Assembly: GCA_040261535.1 (NCBI GenBank) | Contig: JBDQNU010000006.1 | Location: 3,033-67,032 of the forward strand | Length of the DNA stretch: 64,000 nucleotides | Reading direction: 5' to 3' | From: Poseidonia sp. | GTDB taxonomy: Archaea > Thermoplasmatota > Poseidoniia > Poseidoniales > Poseidoniaceae | Shown: one piece after another, positions 26,315-37,872 of the stretch | How positions within the stretch are numbered: position 1 is the stretch's first letter | Layout: every line of letters starts with the position of its first letter | Notes under the pieces: model-generated | Seen by the model: the letters and a program-made list of their open reading frames with translations, nothing else | Databases searched by the model: none | Told to the model about the DNA's origin: nothing | Program-made: the position numbers and the translations under genes

Positions 26315-27667
26315 ATGGCTTCAAACGAAATCGATTTCATCGGCGGTGGTTTCAAACTGACGTTGCCATACACGTTTGGTGGATGGTTGTTCTGGGCTTT
26401 CGGTCTTCTCATCACCGGTTTTGGCTTCGTACAAACGGCATCGGATGGCGTCGTAGGTCTCGCTGTCGCCGCTTTCGGACTGCTGATCCTGGCATCGGCT
26501 TCTCCAGGGAGCCTATCAGCCGGCCTTCACAGGTTGCGTAAGCAATCGATACCGCCCGAAGAATTGGAAGCAAAGGCTCAGGCAAGCGGGCTCACGGTGA
26601 ACAACTGGTTCCTTCAGCAAACCACGTTGGTTCCCACCAACGACCCGAACGATTGGATCCTCCCTGCTCCCGGCCCCCAAACCTGGGACAGCGCCGATCC
26701 GTACGGACCTCATGGCGACGGAACACCGCTTCCCGAACACCCGGTGAAGGTGGGCACGCCACGACCTGCAACCATGACTTCGTATGCTGTTTTCTCAGCA
26801 CTCGCCGCACTCTGCGGTCTTGGGGCGGTGGCCGGAGCCATGCAAGTCGAGCCGGTTGACCCTTCCCAAGACCTCGGTGCGACGCCGGCCCTCATCGTTG
26901 CTGCGGTTGGGTTGGCCCTGCTTTTGGTTGGATACTTCAGGGCCAAAGCCTTGGGGCAAATGCTGGATACGCCAACATCACTCGTGCGTTCCGCGCCGGT
27001 GGGCCACCCCGAATTGGTGGGGCAGGTTCGACCCGGTTTGCAGGGGGGCATGACCGTGAACGTGGATGGAAGCGACGCCATGGTCATGCACAACATGGTC
27101 GGCTTCTATTGGACCTACGAGCAGCAACAATGCAGGACGGTCACGGATAGTGAGGGCAACAAAAAGGAAGAATGCTCCTGGGTCACCGTACGCTCGGACC
27201 GCGGCGGCGTCCCCTTCGTTCTTCACGACGGTACGGGCGGCATCAAAGTCAACCTCACCAGTTTCAAGCGAACCGATTACGGCCAAATGCTGAAACGATG
27301 GGATGGGGCTTTCGCCGAAACCCTCGGCAAGCAACTCATGGCTTCAGCCGTCGCAGGGTTGTTGGGCGGAGCCAAGGTGAAGGGGCACCGGTGGACGCTC
27401 TATGGCATGCGCCTTGGCGACCCCGTTTATTTGCTGGGCCAGACAAAGCCCCGTCCTGCAGAGGAGCTTCAAGCCGAGGGTTTGGACGGCACCTTGGGCA
27501 ACAGCGCCATCGAGGTATGGGGCGACGAAGATGCGCCCGGTACCAAATGCACCCTCAAGCGTGGCTCGGAACTGTCCAACATCGGGAAATCTCGCTCGGG
27601 CTTTGAAATGTTAGCGGCTCCGCTTCTTCTGCTATTGGGCGGCTTGGCTTTGCTTGGCTTGGCTTAA
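26315..27667 (+). CDS. Membrane protein with GIDE-like domain
   Basis: N-terminal TMs, then DTPTSLVRS..G..EL.G, PFVLHDGTG.IKV and GDPVYLLG motifs as in GIDE-domain proteins; C-terminal TM. Confidence 0.65.
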   Translation: MASNEIDFIGGGFKLTLPYTFGGWLFWAFGLLITGFGFVQTASDGVVGLAVAAFGLLILASASPGSLSAGLHRLRKQSIPPEELEAKAQASGLTVNNWFLQQTTLVPTNDPNDWILPAPGPQTWDSADPYGPHGDGTPLPEHPVKVGTPRPATMTSYAVFSALAALCGLGAVAGAMQVEPVDPSQDLGATPALIVAAVGLALLLVGYFRAKALGQMLDTPTSLVRSAPVGHPELVGQVRPGLQGGMTVNVDGSDAMVMHNMVGFYWTYEQQQCRTVTDSEGNKKEECSWVTVRSDRGGVPFVLHDGTGGIKVNLTSFKRTDYGQMLKRWDGAFAETLGKQLMASAVAGLLGGAKVKGHRWTLYGMRLGDPVYLLGQTKPRPAEELQAEGLDGTLGNSAIEVWGDEDAPGTKCTLKRGSELSNIGKSRSGFEMLAAPLLLLLGGLALLGLA

Positions 27668-27706
27668 ACAGCGGTTCGCCTGGCCTGATGATGAACGGTG
27701 GAGTAG

Positions 27707-28360
27707 ATGGCGACAGAAGACATCGGAAACGATGCGCTTGGGATTCTCGTTGACGGCGGTTTGTTGTACGCTGCCCCGATGTTTGGGCTCTCCTTGTTGC
27801 TCGTGGTGGAGGGGCGCAAACGCATACCCCTCACCATCGGCTTGGTGGGCTTCATGCTCGGATTCGGCCTCGTAGGCCCGTTGTACCCGTTGCTGGGCCC
27901 GTCGCCTCCACTTGAGGAGCAGGCGTTTCGCTTCGTCGCCGCTGTCGTCATCGCCGGCGTATCCGTCAGTGTAGCCCAAGTGGCGATGCGGTTTCTTGCG
28001 GCAGGACTCGTCTACGTCGTCATCACGAGCCTGATCGCAAACGGAAAACGATTTGACATCGACTTGGAGGGGGACGCTTTTCTCTCCGGTATCTTGACCC
28101 TGATCGCTTTTTTCTTGAGTTTCGGCTTCCGGCGGCTGGTTCCTGCCCTGATGGCGGGATTGGTGGGCACGCTGGGCATGATGCTTGCTGTGTACATCGC
28201 CCTAGGCTGGCCCGTTGAACGCTTGAACGGCGTTGATGCTCCCGACGCCTACTTCGCCTTCATCGGGATGTTCATGAGCGCATACCTGCAGTGGAAACAG
28301 GTTCAGCGCAAGCGGGAAGAAGAGGAAGAGCCCGAGGTGGAGAAGGAGTACATCTTCTAG
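27707..28360 (+). CDS. Hypothetical multi-pass membrane protein
   Basis: About 7 hydrophobic segments and a charged C-terminal tail. Confidence 0.72.
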   Translation: MATEDIGNDALGILVDGGLLYAAPMFGLSLLLVVEGRKRIPLTIGLVGFMLGFGLVGPLYPLLGPSPPLEEQAFRFVAAVVIAGVSVSVAQVAMRFLAAGLVYVVITSLIANGKRFDIDLEGDAFLSGILTLIAFFLSFGFRRLVPALMAGLVGTLGMMLAVYIALGWPVERLNGVDAPDAYFAFIGMFMSAYLQWKQVQRKREEEEEPEVEKEYIF

Positions 28361-28365
28361 GCCCA

Positions 28366-28866
28366 TCAACCAAGAAGGTCGCCGAGTGCCAGCCCCAGCG
28401 CATACGACAGCACGGTAATGAAGGCGAGAATGCCCATCATTTCGAAAAACCGAGGAAGGAAGGCCACGCCTTTTTTGGACGACCACCAAACGTTGAAGGC
28501 AGCCACCACGCCGACCCCGAGAAGCAAGGTGACCGTGAAAGCGGCGACGTGTGCCTCCATCCCGCCAACCTCGCCATCGATGAGCAAGTAGGGCGATATC
28601 AGCACCGTCACGACGCACAAGTAGGCCGCCCAGGTCGAAAAAGCCGCTTTGACGGGGGAGCCCCCGTCGGGCTCGGCCCGTTTGGACAAAAATTCAGACG
28701 CCCCCATGCTGCACGAGGCAGCGATGCCGGTGACCATGCCCGAGAGGGCGATGAGCGACATGTCCTGAAAAGCGAACGTGAGGCCGGCTAAAATGCCGGT
28801 CATTTCGATGAGGGCATCGGAAATACCGAGGACGACGCTGCTTGAATAATCGCGCTCCTCTTCCAT
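28366..28866 (-). CDS. VIT1/CCC1 family Fe/Mn transporter
   Basis: VLGISDALIE.TG.LAG and SMGASEFLS motifs. Confidence 0.85.
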   Translation of the reverse strand: MEEERDYSSSVVLGISDALIEMTGILAGLTFAFQDMSLIALSGMVTGIAASCSMGASEFLSKRAEPDGGSPVKAAFSTWAAYLCVVTVLISPYLLIDGEVGGMEAHVAAFTVTLLLGVGVVAAFNVWWSSKKGVAFLPRFFEMMGILAFITVLSYALGLALGDLLG

Positions 28867-28964
28867 GGAAGGCCCACCTCGCCAACGGGGAAAAACCCTC
28901 GGCAACCGAAAAGTGTGGGGTGTTTTTCAGCGAAGGTTATCGCCTCGCCGGTGAAGCCACGACC

Positions 28965-29642
28965 ATGCCCGTCGCATTGGTGACCGGGGCCAACCGGGGC
29001 CTCGGCCTTGAGTTAACACGTCAATTGCTAGAGAGCGGGTACACCGTTCACGCCACCTACCGAACCAGCAAGGGTGGATTGGCCGACCTTCATCACCCAG
29101 AATTGCACCTTGCTTCCATGGATGTTCGAATGCCTGAGGATATCGCCTCGGTGCTTCAACAGATCAAAACCGGGCTTGATCTCGTGGTCAACAATGCCGG
29201 AGTTTCCGACGGGCGGTGGGCGAACATCGAGGAAATTGATTTTGAGAAGGTGACAGAAGTGATGGACATCAACGCCGTTGCCCCCGTAAGGGTCACGCAG
29301 CAGGCCCTCCCGTTGTTGGATCAAAACGGTGGCGGCACGGTGGTGATGTTGTCGAGTTTGATGGCCAGCATCTCGGACTGCCAGAGCGGAAAGTCCTACG
29401 CCTACCGTGCCTCAAAAACCGCCCTGAACATGTTCACGGTGGCCATGAAGAAGGAATTGACCGATCGAAACATCTCCTTGTTGATCGTTCACCCTGGCTG
29501 GGTTGAAACGGACATGGGTGGGCCCAAGGCGCCCGTAAAGGCCGACGAAAGCGTACGAGGCATTCTCGAACGCATCGAAGAGCAGACGGTCGCCATGTCG
29601 GGTCGTTTTGTCGAATACACGGGGCGGACGCTGCCTTGGTAA
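28965..29642 (+). CDS. Short-chain dehydrogenase/reductase (CsgA-like)
   Basis: TGANRGLG, NNAG, YRASK and HPGWVETDMGG. Confidence 0.92.
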   Translation: MPVALVTGANRGLGLELTRQLLESGYTVHATYRTSKGGLADLHHPELHLASMDVRMPEDIASVLQQIKTGLDLVVNNAGVSDGRWANIEEIDFEKVTEVMDINAVAPVRVTQQALPLLDQNGGGTVVMLSSLMASISDCQSGKSYAYRASKTALNMFTVAMKKELTDRNISLLIVHPGWVETDMGGPKAPVKADESVRGILERIEEQTVAMSGRFVEYTGRTLPW

Positions 29643-29678
29643 GCCAAGGCAAACGTGAGCGTCGTTGGCGAACACCGC

Positions 29679-30071
29679 TCAGGCACACGCGGTGCAGAGG
29701 CCGCGAAGCGTCCATTCCACGCCCTCCACATCGGCCAACCCCGTAACGGTGCTTGGCGCCTTTGTGTCGGGCAGCGGGATGTCCCACAACCTGCCGCATG
29801 ACGTGCACGTGGCGTGGCCGTGTGCTTCGTTGTTGCAATCGTAGCGAACCTCGCCTTCATGCTCCACCGTGGAAATCACGCCGTCGTTCGCCAAGATCGC
29901 AAGATTACGGTACACCGTAGCCAAGCCGATCCCGAGAGGGGCAAGGGCTTCGTGGACTTCTTGAGCCGTTGGATGGTCGCAGCGATTCATCACGTTGTCG
30001 AAGATGGCTTGCTTTTGCTTCGTCATCCGACGCACCGGAGGTGCATCGTGCCGCTGTGTCGGCTTCGACAT
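29679..30071 (-). CDS. Fur/PerR family transcriptional regulator
   Basis: RMTKQK, HPTAQEV, GLATVYRNL, HGHATCTSCG and CTAC. Confidence 0.9.
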   Translation of the reverse strand: MSKPTQRHDAPPVRRMTKQKQAIFDNVMNRCDHPTAQEVHEALAPLGIGLATVYRNLAILANDGVISTVEHEGEVRYDCNNEAHGHATCTSCGRLWDIPLPDTKAPSTVTGLADVEGVEWTLRGLCTACA

Positions 30072-30085
30072 GGATGAAACCCGCC

Positions 30086-32293
<2,208 letters not shown>

Positions 32294-32321
32294 TCAAGCC
32301 TTGAGTGGAAAGGCAGGAACC

Positions 32322-32708
32322 ATGAGCGATTCCCTTCCCCTCATCACGCTGGTCAAAGCAAAGGAAGTGGACGACCGCCCCAATTTAGGCGAAAGGTTCC
32401 GGGACATTGAGCAAACGCTCTCAATGCTTTGTTCCTTCCTCTCTCTCGATGATTTTATCCAATTTCTGAGATCGGATATTTTTGTTGGTTTCAGCAGAAC
32501 CTCAGAGCCTTGGATCCAATTTGAACTCGGCTTGTACACCAACCACACCAAAACGCTGCAACTCATTCCCGAACAGCGTCACTTGACCCTTGTTGACGAG
32601 GCGATGACGGGCGCCATCGAAGACGGTATCTGGAGGGGCGAAGCCGACGAAAGGATGGAAACCGTGTTGGCCCGGTGGGTCCAAACGGTTGCAAATGAGG
32701 CTCAGTAA
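32322..32708 (+). CDS. Hypothetical protein (128 aa)
   Basis: ATG after GCAGGA, divergent from katG, fills the gap to the next gene. Confidence 0.6.
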   Translation: MSDSLPLITLVKAKEVDDRPNLGERFRDIEQTLSMLCSFLSLDDFIQFLRSDIFVGFSRTSEPWIQFELGLYTNHTKTLQLIPEQRHLTLVDEAMTGAIEDGIWRGEADERMETVLARWVQTVANEAQ

Positions 32709-33511
32709 AAGATGGAGCAGCAGGTCAACGAACCGTCGGCGGCCCTGATTTCGCTCATCTCCACTTCGACCAATTCAAGTCCCCGAGCACGGAGCGTGGC
32801 GTGAACCGTTGGGTAGCCCTTCGCGACCAGCACTTTTCCGTTCGGCAACCCGATGGTGTTGCACCCGTAGGCTTCCTCCTCAGGCATCCAAAGGAGTTCG
32901 CACCCACTGGGAAGTTCACCAAAGGCTTCCGGAGACAAGTAACCTTCTGGAACCATGATGGTGGAATCCGTGGGGGTTGACGAAATGCTCGTGAGGTGAA
33001 GAGCGTGGCTCGGGATATCGATCACGCGAAGTTCGTGACCGAAATCTTCGAGCAAGCTGCGCAAGCTTGCAATACCGAGATCGTTGGTCCGCGATGAGCG
33101 GCCGACAAAGAACAAATCTCCCAGGCGAATGATGTCGCCGCCGTCCATTCTCGCTTCACCGCCCATTCGACAGGTTTGAACCCCCTCGAGTTCGCTCATC
33201 AGAAATTCAGCGATGGGGGGTTGTTCTGCAACTCTGGAGGGGTGTCCCGGATGCGGAAGGAGCATCTTGCCGTCGATGACGACGGCTTGGTCTTCGACGA
33301 AGATACAATCGGGTTGTCGATCGTCGGCTTCAAGGGCATGAACCTGAACGCCGTTCGCTTCGAGGGCGGCGATGTAGGCTTGGTGTTGGGCCCGTGCAAC
33401 CTCAACGTCGGTTGGTCCGCTACCGAAGTAGTAGGCGAGGGCTTTGGTGAACGATTCGGGTACCCTACGGACGAGAGCCTTTCTTTTTTGGTCCACCCGA
33501 ACGGAGGCCAT
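32702..33511 (-). CDS. Dimethylarginine dimethylaminohydrolase / amidinotransferase family
   Basis: PDCIFVED, DGGD, SSRTN, LHL and DGSLTCCS catalytic motifs. Confidence 0.88.
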   Translation of the reverse strand: MASVRVDQKRKALVRRVPESFTKALAYYFGSGPTDVEVARAQHQAYIAALEANGVQVHALEADDRQPDCIFVEDQAVVIDGKMLLPHPGHPSRVAEQPPIAEFLMSELEGVQTCRMGGEARMDGGDIIRLGDLFFVGRSSRTNDLGIASLRSLLEDFGHELRVIDIPSHALHLTSISSTPTDSTIMVPEGYLSPEAFGELPSGCELLWMPEEEAYGCNTIGLPNGKVLVAKGYPTVHATLRARGLELVEVEMSEIRAADGSLTCCSIFY

Positions 33512-33641
33512 GTGTTGTTCGGCCCGCCGATGCCCCTTAACATTTCGCCTTTTTTCGGTAGTCGTTTTCCGCTGAGCGGAAAAAGCAGGGCTGGATGCCC
33601 TTTACCGCTGTCTTCAACAGGGGGTGCTGGTTGGCTTGTCC

Positions 33642-35228
33642 ATGGCCAGTCAACGCCGAAGCGCCCTTCTCCTGATGTGGTTGATGGTTTTGGCCCCAAT
33701 GTCCGGATGTTTCGGTGAGAACGAAGCCCCCGCCGTAACGGTTGATGCCCTCGCCGTCGAGGAGGCCGATTCGCTTCAAGGAGGCATGTGGCAGCAAATT
33801 ACCCTCACGGCAAAGGAAGACGTGGCCGTCTACATCCCTTACTTCGTTCAAGACCCCGGTTCACTTCGCGCCCAAAACGGTACGGTTCTCGATGTGGCCA
33901 AGGGCGAAGCCGTCGCCGTCGATGTGCTCTTCCCGCCACGCAACGAAGACGTGGTGCTTTTCCTTGGCGAATTTGGTCGGATTCACTGGCCCATCCGTGC
34001 TGCGAACCAGTCATGGATGTCGTGGCTTGAGAGCATGCCAGACGTCGGTGCTGTTGAAGCCGTTCCAAATCAGGACGAGGGGGGTGTTTGGCCTTGGTTG
34101 ATTCCTGGAAACACGACCGGTGGAGACGTGGTCCCGCTCAAGTTGACGACCGTCCGTCCAGAGCGCAGTGACCTCACCGAAGAAAACGGTGCATCGGCGT
34201 CCGGCGGTTGGCTCAACGGCCGAGACGTCTACGAATGGGTGGAGTTCATCACCGATGAGACGGCGGACCCTACTGACCCTTATGACGGAGCGGTGGGCTA
34301 CCTCGACCGTTGGATCGGTAACGGTAATCCTGCTTACGAGGACGCCATCGCGTACTTTGAAGGCGTGATGGTTGGCTACGGTCTTGATGTTGAAGTCCAT
34401 CGCTTCCAGTCTGGCACCCTCTGGGCTGTGAACATTTGCGGCTACAAAACCGGAACCGTGTTCCCCGATGAATGGTTGGTTTTCGGAGCCCACTTTGACA
34501 TCGCCCCTCCCGTAGCCTACCTTCCCGGTCCAAACCTTCCCGGCTACGGCACGCGAACCGGTGCTTACGACAACTCTGCCGGAACGAGTATGGTGTTGAC
34601 CACGGCCAGCGTGCTCGCTGACTTTGACGCCCGCCGAACCATGGTTTTCTGCCTCTGGTCTTCCGAGGAGGAGGGGTTGTGGGGTTCAAGTGCATTCACG
34701 GGCGATGTCCCCGACGGCGTGACCATCAGCAATTACCTGAACCTCGACATGGCCGGCATCAACTACCCCGGTGACTACGCGCTCTCGGTCTACCTCGGCC
34801 CCGATGGGACGGGCGATGTAATCGACCAGGCGGGCATGTACCACCTCGCAGAATGGATTGGCGCCGACGCGTTTGACCTTGCCTACCAAATGGAGCGAGG
34901 TCGCACCGAATGGGAGGCGGGGGGTGAGTCGCCTCTGTGGCAGAACAACTACGAAGACACGGTGGCCATTTACGAATCCCCAACCGCCCGGAGTGACCAT
35001 CAGCCCTTCCAAGACATCGGCGTGGCCACCTTGGGGTGGAACGGCGTGGTTGACGGGTATCCTTGCTACCACCGAAATTGCGACACGCTGGACACCATGA
35101 AAGGTTACATGGAAACCGACACCGCTTCTGGCGAAGCAAACCTTGTCCATTCATGGGACATCGTCACGTGGTGGGCGGTCTACGCCTTCTTGCACATGGA
35201 CCAAACCCCGGTTCCAAACGAATTGTGA
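33642..35228 (+). CDS. M28 family metallopeptidase, lipoprotein (paralog 1)
   Basis: Lipobox MSGCFG; GAHFD, GAYDNSAG, SEEEG, LNLDM, RSDH and CYH. Confidence 0.88.
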   Translation: MASQRRSALLLMWLMVLAPMSGCFGENEAPAVTVDALAVEEADSLQGGMWQQITLTAKEDVAVYIPYFVQDPGSLRAQNGTVLDVAKGEAVAVDVLFPPRNEDVVLFLGEFGRIHWPIRAANQSWMSWLESMPDVGAVEAVPNQDEGGVWPWLIPGNTTGGDVVPLKLTTVRPERSDLTEENGASASGGWLNGRDVYEWVEFITDETADPTDPYDGAVGYLDRWIGNGNPAYEDAIAYFEGVMVGYGLDVEVHRFQSGTLWAVNICGYKTGTVFPDEWLVFGAHFDIAPPVAYLPGPNLPGYGTRTGAYDNSAGTSMVLTTASVLADFDARRTMVFCLWSSEEEGLWGSSAFTGDVPDGVTISNYLNLDMAGINYPGDYALSVYLGPDGTGDVIDQAGMYHLAEWIGADAFDLAYQMERGRTEWEAGGESPLWQNNYEDTVAIYESPTARSDHQPFQDIGVATLGWNGVVDGYPCYHRNCDTLDTMKGYMETDTASGEANLVHSWDIVTWWAVYAFLHMDQTPVPNEL

Positions 35229-35246
35229 GGGAGCGGTAAACCCTGC

Positions 35247-35333
35247 TCAATCCATCAGGAAAAAATCCGGAAAGAGAAGCGAGAGGGGTAAGGCGAGAAG
35301 GAATCCGAAGATTCGAATCGCATCCTGCATCAT
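35247..35333 (-). CDS. Putative small membrane peptide (28 aa)
   Basis: MMQDAIRIFGFLLALPLSLLFPDFFLMD downstream of SCO on the same strand, with GGAGG about 12 nt upstream. Confidence 0.35.
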   Translation of the reverse strand: MMQDAIRIFGFLLALPLSLLFPDFFLMD

Positions 35334-35382
35334 GAATCGCCTATCCCTCCACGAGTTCATAACCGTTTGCTGGGGTTTTCGT

Positions 35383-36030
35383 TCAAAGCGTGTGAAGATG
35401 GCGGAGGTCCTCAAGGAAGAGGTCGAGGATCCAATCGTTATCGCCCCACCAAACTTGCAACGTTCCAAACCGGTCGACCAAGACGGTCCCCGTCGAGTGG
35501 TTGACGGTGTAATCATCGGGGTGATGTCGTGCAGTGTCACTCGTGCCAGCATCTTCAATGGTCAGGCCGACACCAAAATTCAACCAAACGCTTTGGATGG
35601 CGGCCATCGCCTCGCTGTCCGAGGTGTTGTCATCAACGGTCAAGTGGGCCCAGTTGGATTGTGTTCCCGTTTTCCATTCATGGAGGGTTGAAACGTTGTC
35701 TCGCCAGGGATCAACGGTCACCGTGAGGAACGTGGTTTTGTTCAATTCCTCGGGGGTGAGTTGGCTCTTTACCCACTTCATGTTGTGCGTGACAACGGGG
35801 CAAATATCGAGGCAATTGGTAAAAAGAAACGCCACGACGAGGGTGGTGTTTGCCGCTTCCTCTGAATAGGTCCACGAGGTGTTTTCACTGGACGTGAGGG
35901 TGAAATCCGAGACCACTGCGCCGTTCAACACATCGCCATGGGGCGCCCATTCCGCTTCGACTTGAGGTCCAAGGCAACCCGATAAGAAAAGGGTCGCAAC
36001 CACGAGCGTCAACAAGGGATTCGTGTTCAT
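35383..36030 (-). CDS. SCO1/SenC family copper chaperone, lipoprotein
   Basis: Lipobox LSGC; FTNCLDICP (CxxxC), TVDPWRD and conserved His in NHST. Confidence 0.88.
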   Translation of the reverse strand: MNTNPLLTLVVATLFLSGCLGPQVEAEWAPHGDVLNGAVVSDFTLTSSENTSWTYSEEAANTTLVVAFLFTNCLDICPVVTHNMKWVKSQLTPEELNKTTFLTVTVDPWRDNVSTLHEWKTGTQSNWAHLTVDDNTSDSEAMAAIQSVWLNFGVGLTIEDAGTSDTARHHPDDYTVNHSTGTVLVDRFGTLQVWWGDNDWILDLFLEDLRHLHTL

Positions 36031-36039
36031 TGCACCACT

Positions 36040-37815
36040 TCAAAGACGGTAGGGGAGGTCAATATCGAGTTGAACCAAGTACAGACCGGTCGATATGCAC
36101 GAGGCGTACGTGATTCCGTCATGGTGTTCAACGGCCCAGAGGAAGGGCACCCATCCAAAATCGTAGAAACTTGAATCCAACGGGGTGCCGTCTTCACCGT
36201 GAGGCAAGTAATACGCCACCGTGGACTCTTCGTGAACGGAAATGCGATCGTCGGGGTTCGTCGGGTCGACGAGGGTCTCGATGTCAACCACCCAAAGCCC
36301 GGCGTGATAGTGTGAAATGTAGAGGCGCCCGTCCCATCCACCACCGTGGCTTTGGTCGGTGGTTTCATCGGTCTCGAAATACGTGCTGTCAAGGTTGTGG
36401 GGTGAAAACAACAGCCATTCATCGCCGTTGGGATGGGCTTCACAATCGGCCCCGTAACAGTGGTCCTCAGCGTAAGGAATCTCCCAATCACGTATCAGTT
36501 TGGGTTTGAATTTGAATTGCCCGTCTTCCATCGTATAATCGGTAGTGTCGATGAGGTAGATGATGCCCGTTCCAACCGAGGTGCTCAACACTTCCACGGC
36601 GGCCGTCACCATGTGAACGGGTTCATCGGAATAGCCGACGTGTGACAAATCGACCATATTGGGGAAGGGTTCTGCGTAGTGAATGTAGGAAACTCGGCCA
36701 CCGTTTTCGTTTCCGGTCGTTCCGCTGTCGGGTTGGCCGTCGTCGTCCAAATCAAGGAAATCCATCCAAAGGCCGACTTCGGGGGCGCGCCATCGGCACA
36801 TCAGGGGGTTACCAAAGCCGGTGCGGCACGTTGTCGCATGCAGCGTGTATGCCTCGGGAGAGTTCACGGGGTGCGGAACGTCCGTCACGTCACCAATTCG
36901 AAGGCCAGCTTCCCAGTAACTGCCGTAGATGAACGTGCGGCCGTAGCGAGGGTCGTTTGGGTCCTCTCCTGGCCACAGTTGTACGGTCATGTCGTGAATG
37001 TAAATCCATCCTCCTCGCGTGGTTTCCCACGCCACCTCGTATTCACCAACCTTGACGATGGTGTGGCCATAGCCAGACAAGACACCTTGGAGGTTTCGTG
37101 CCGCTGAACCGTCCAGATTCAAGTGTGCAATGGTCACGCCGCCGCACGCTTCTCCGATGGCGTCATTGCAGTCGTTGTAATCGGGGTTCGCAACGAAAAT
37201 GTACCACTCGCCGTCGATCATGTGGGTGTAGAGGTTGTGCGGTCCGCTCGGGTGGTCGACATCGTACCAGCTGTCGATCAACGTGGGATTGGTCTTGTCC
37301 GTAACATCGATGAGGAGGACAGAAACTTGTGTGGGGTCACTCCATTGTCCAACGTTTGGGTCCGCATTTCCCGGGTCCACCAGTTGATTTTGCTGTATGA
37401 TGTATTCTCTGCCGTTGTACTCAAGATACTTGACATCCAGAACTTGGGTGTTCGGATCGTTAAACACGCCGACAACTTCGGTGTTTTCTGGGTCCGTCAC
37501 GTCCACGATGTGCATGTCGTTCCATCCCGCCAAGTAGGCGTACGTTTCACCATCCGGAGTGGTAGCAACTTGAACTTCCGCATTGCCTGCAGTGGTGAGG
37601 GGATTGAAGTCAAGCAGTTCCATGTTGGAGGTACCGGCGACGTGTTGGCTGGCGTTTTTGTGGTCGTGACCTTCGTATTGGAACAGTGGGTCGCCGCTGT
37701 TCGCAAGCACGTCGTTGGTGGTGGATTGTTCGATATCGTCTCCAAGAATGAACAAGGTTGCGGACGTCAAAAACAAGACCGTGAAGACCGCCAACAGCCA
37801 TTCCTTCCCGCCCAT
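36040..37815 (-). CDS. LVIVD-repeat-like His-rich beta-propeller protein, membrane anchored
   Basis: N-terminal TM; repeats MHIVDVTDP, VLLIDVTDKTNP, LRIGDVTD, IYLIDTTD, LWVVDI; His motifs GPHN, YIHD, YIHY, SPHN. Confidence 0.75.
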   Translation of the reverse strand: MGGKEWLLAVFTVLFLTSATLFILGDDIEQSTTNDVLANSGDPLFQYEGHDHKNASQHVAGTSNMELLDFNPLTTAGNAEVQVATTPDGETYAYLAGWNDMHIVDVTDPENTEVVGVFNDPNTQVLDVKYLEYNGREYIIQQNQLVDPGNADPNVGQWSDPTQVSVLLIDVTDKTNPTLIDSWYDVDHPSGPHNLYTHMIDGEWYIFVANPDYNDCNDAIGEACGGVTIAHLNLDGSAARNLQGVLSGYGHTIVKVGEYEVAWETTRGGWIYIHDMTVQLWPGEDPNDPRYGRTFIYGSYWEAGLRIGDVTDVPHPVNSPEAYTLHATTCRTGFGNPLMCRWRAPEVGLWMDFLDLDDDGQPDSGTTGNENGGRVSYIHYAEPFPNMVDLSHVGYSDEPVHMVTAAVEVLSTSVGTGIIYLIDTTDYTMEDGQFKFKPKLIRDWEIPYAEDHCYGADCEAHPNGDEWLLFSPHNLDSTYFETDETTDQSHGGGWDGRLYISHYHAGLWVVDIETLVDPTNPDDRISVHEESTVAYYLPHGEDGTPLDSSFYDFGWVPFLWAVEHHDGITYASCISTGLYLVQLDIDLPYRL

Positions 37816-37845
37816 GGCCCTCACACACCAGACATCCGTTTGGTC

Positions 37846-37852
37846 TTTATAA
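37846..37852. promoter_or_regulatory. Candidate bidirectional TATA box
   Basis: Single TTTATAA in the 57-bp gap between divergent starts 37815 (-) and 37873 (+). Confidence 0.45.
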
Positions 37853-37872
37853 CCCCTTGACTACCCTGTGAC

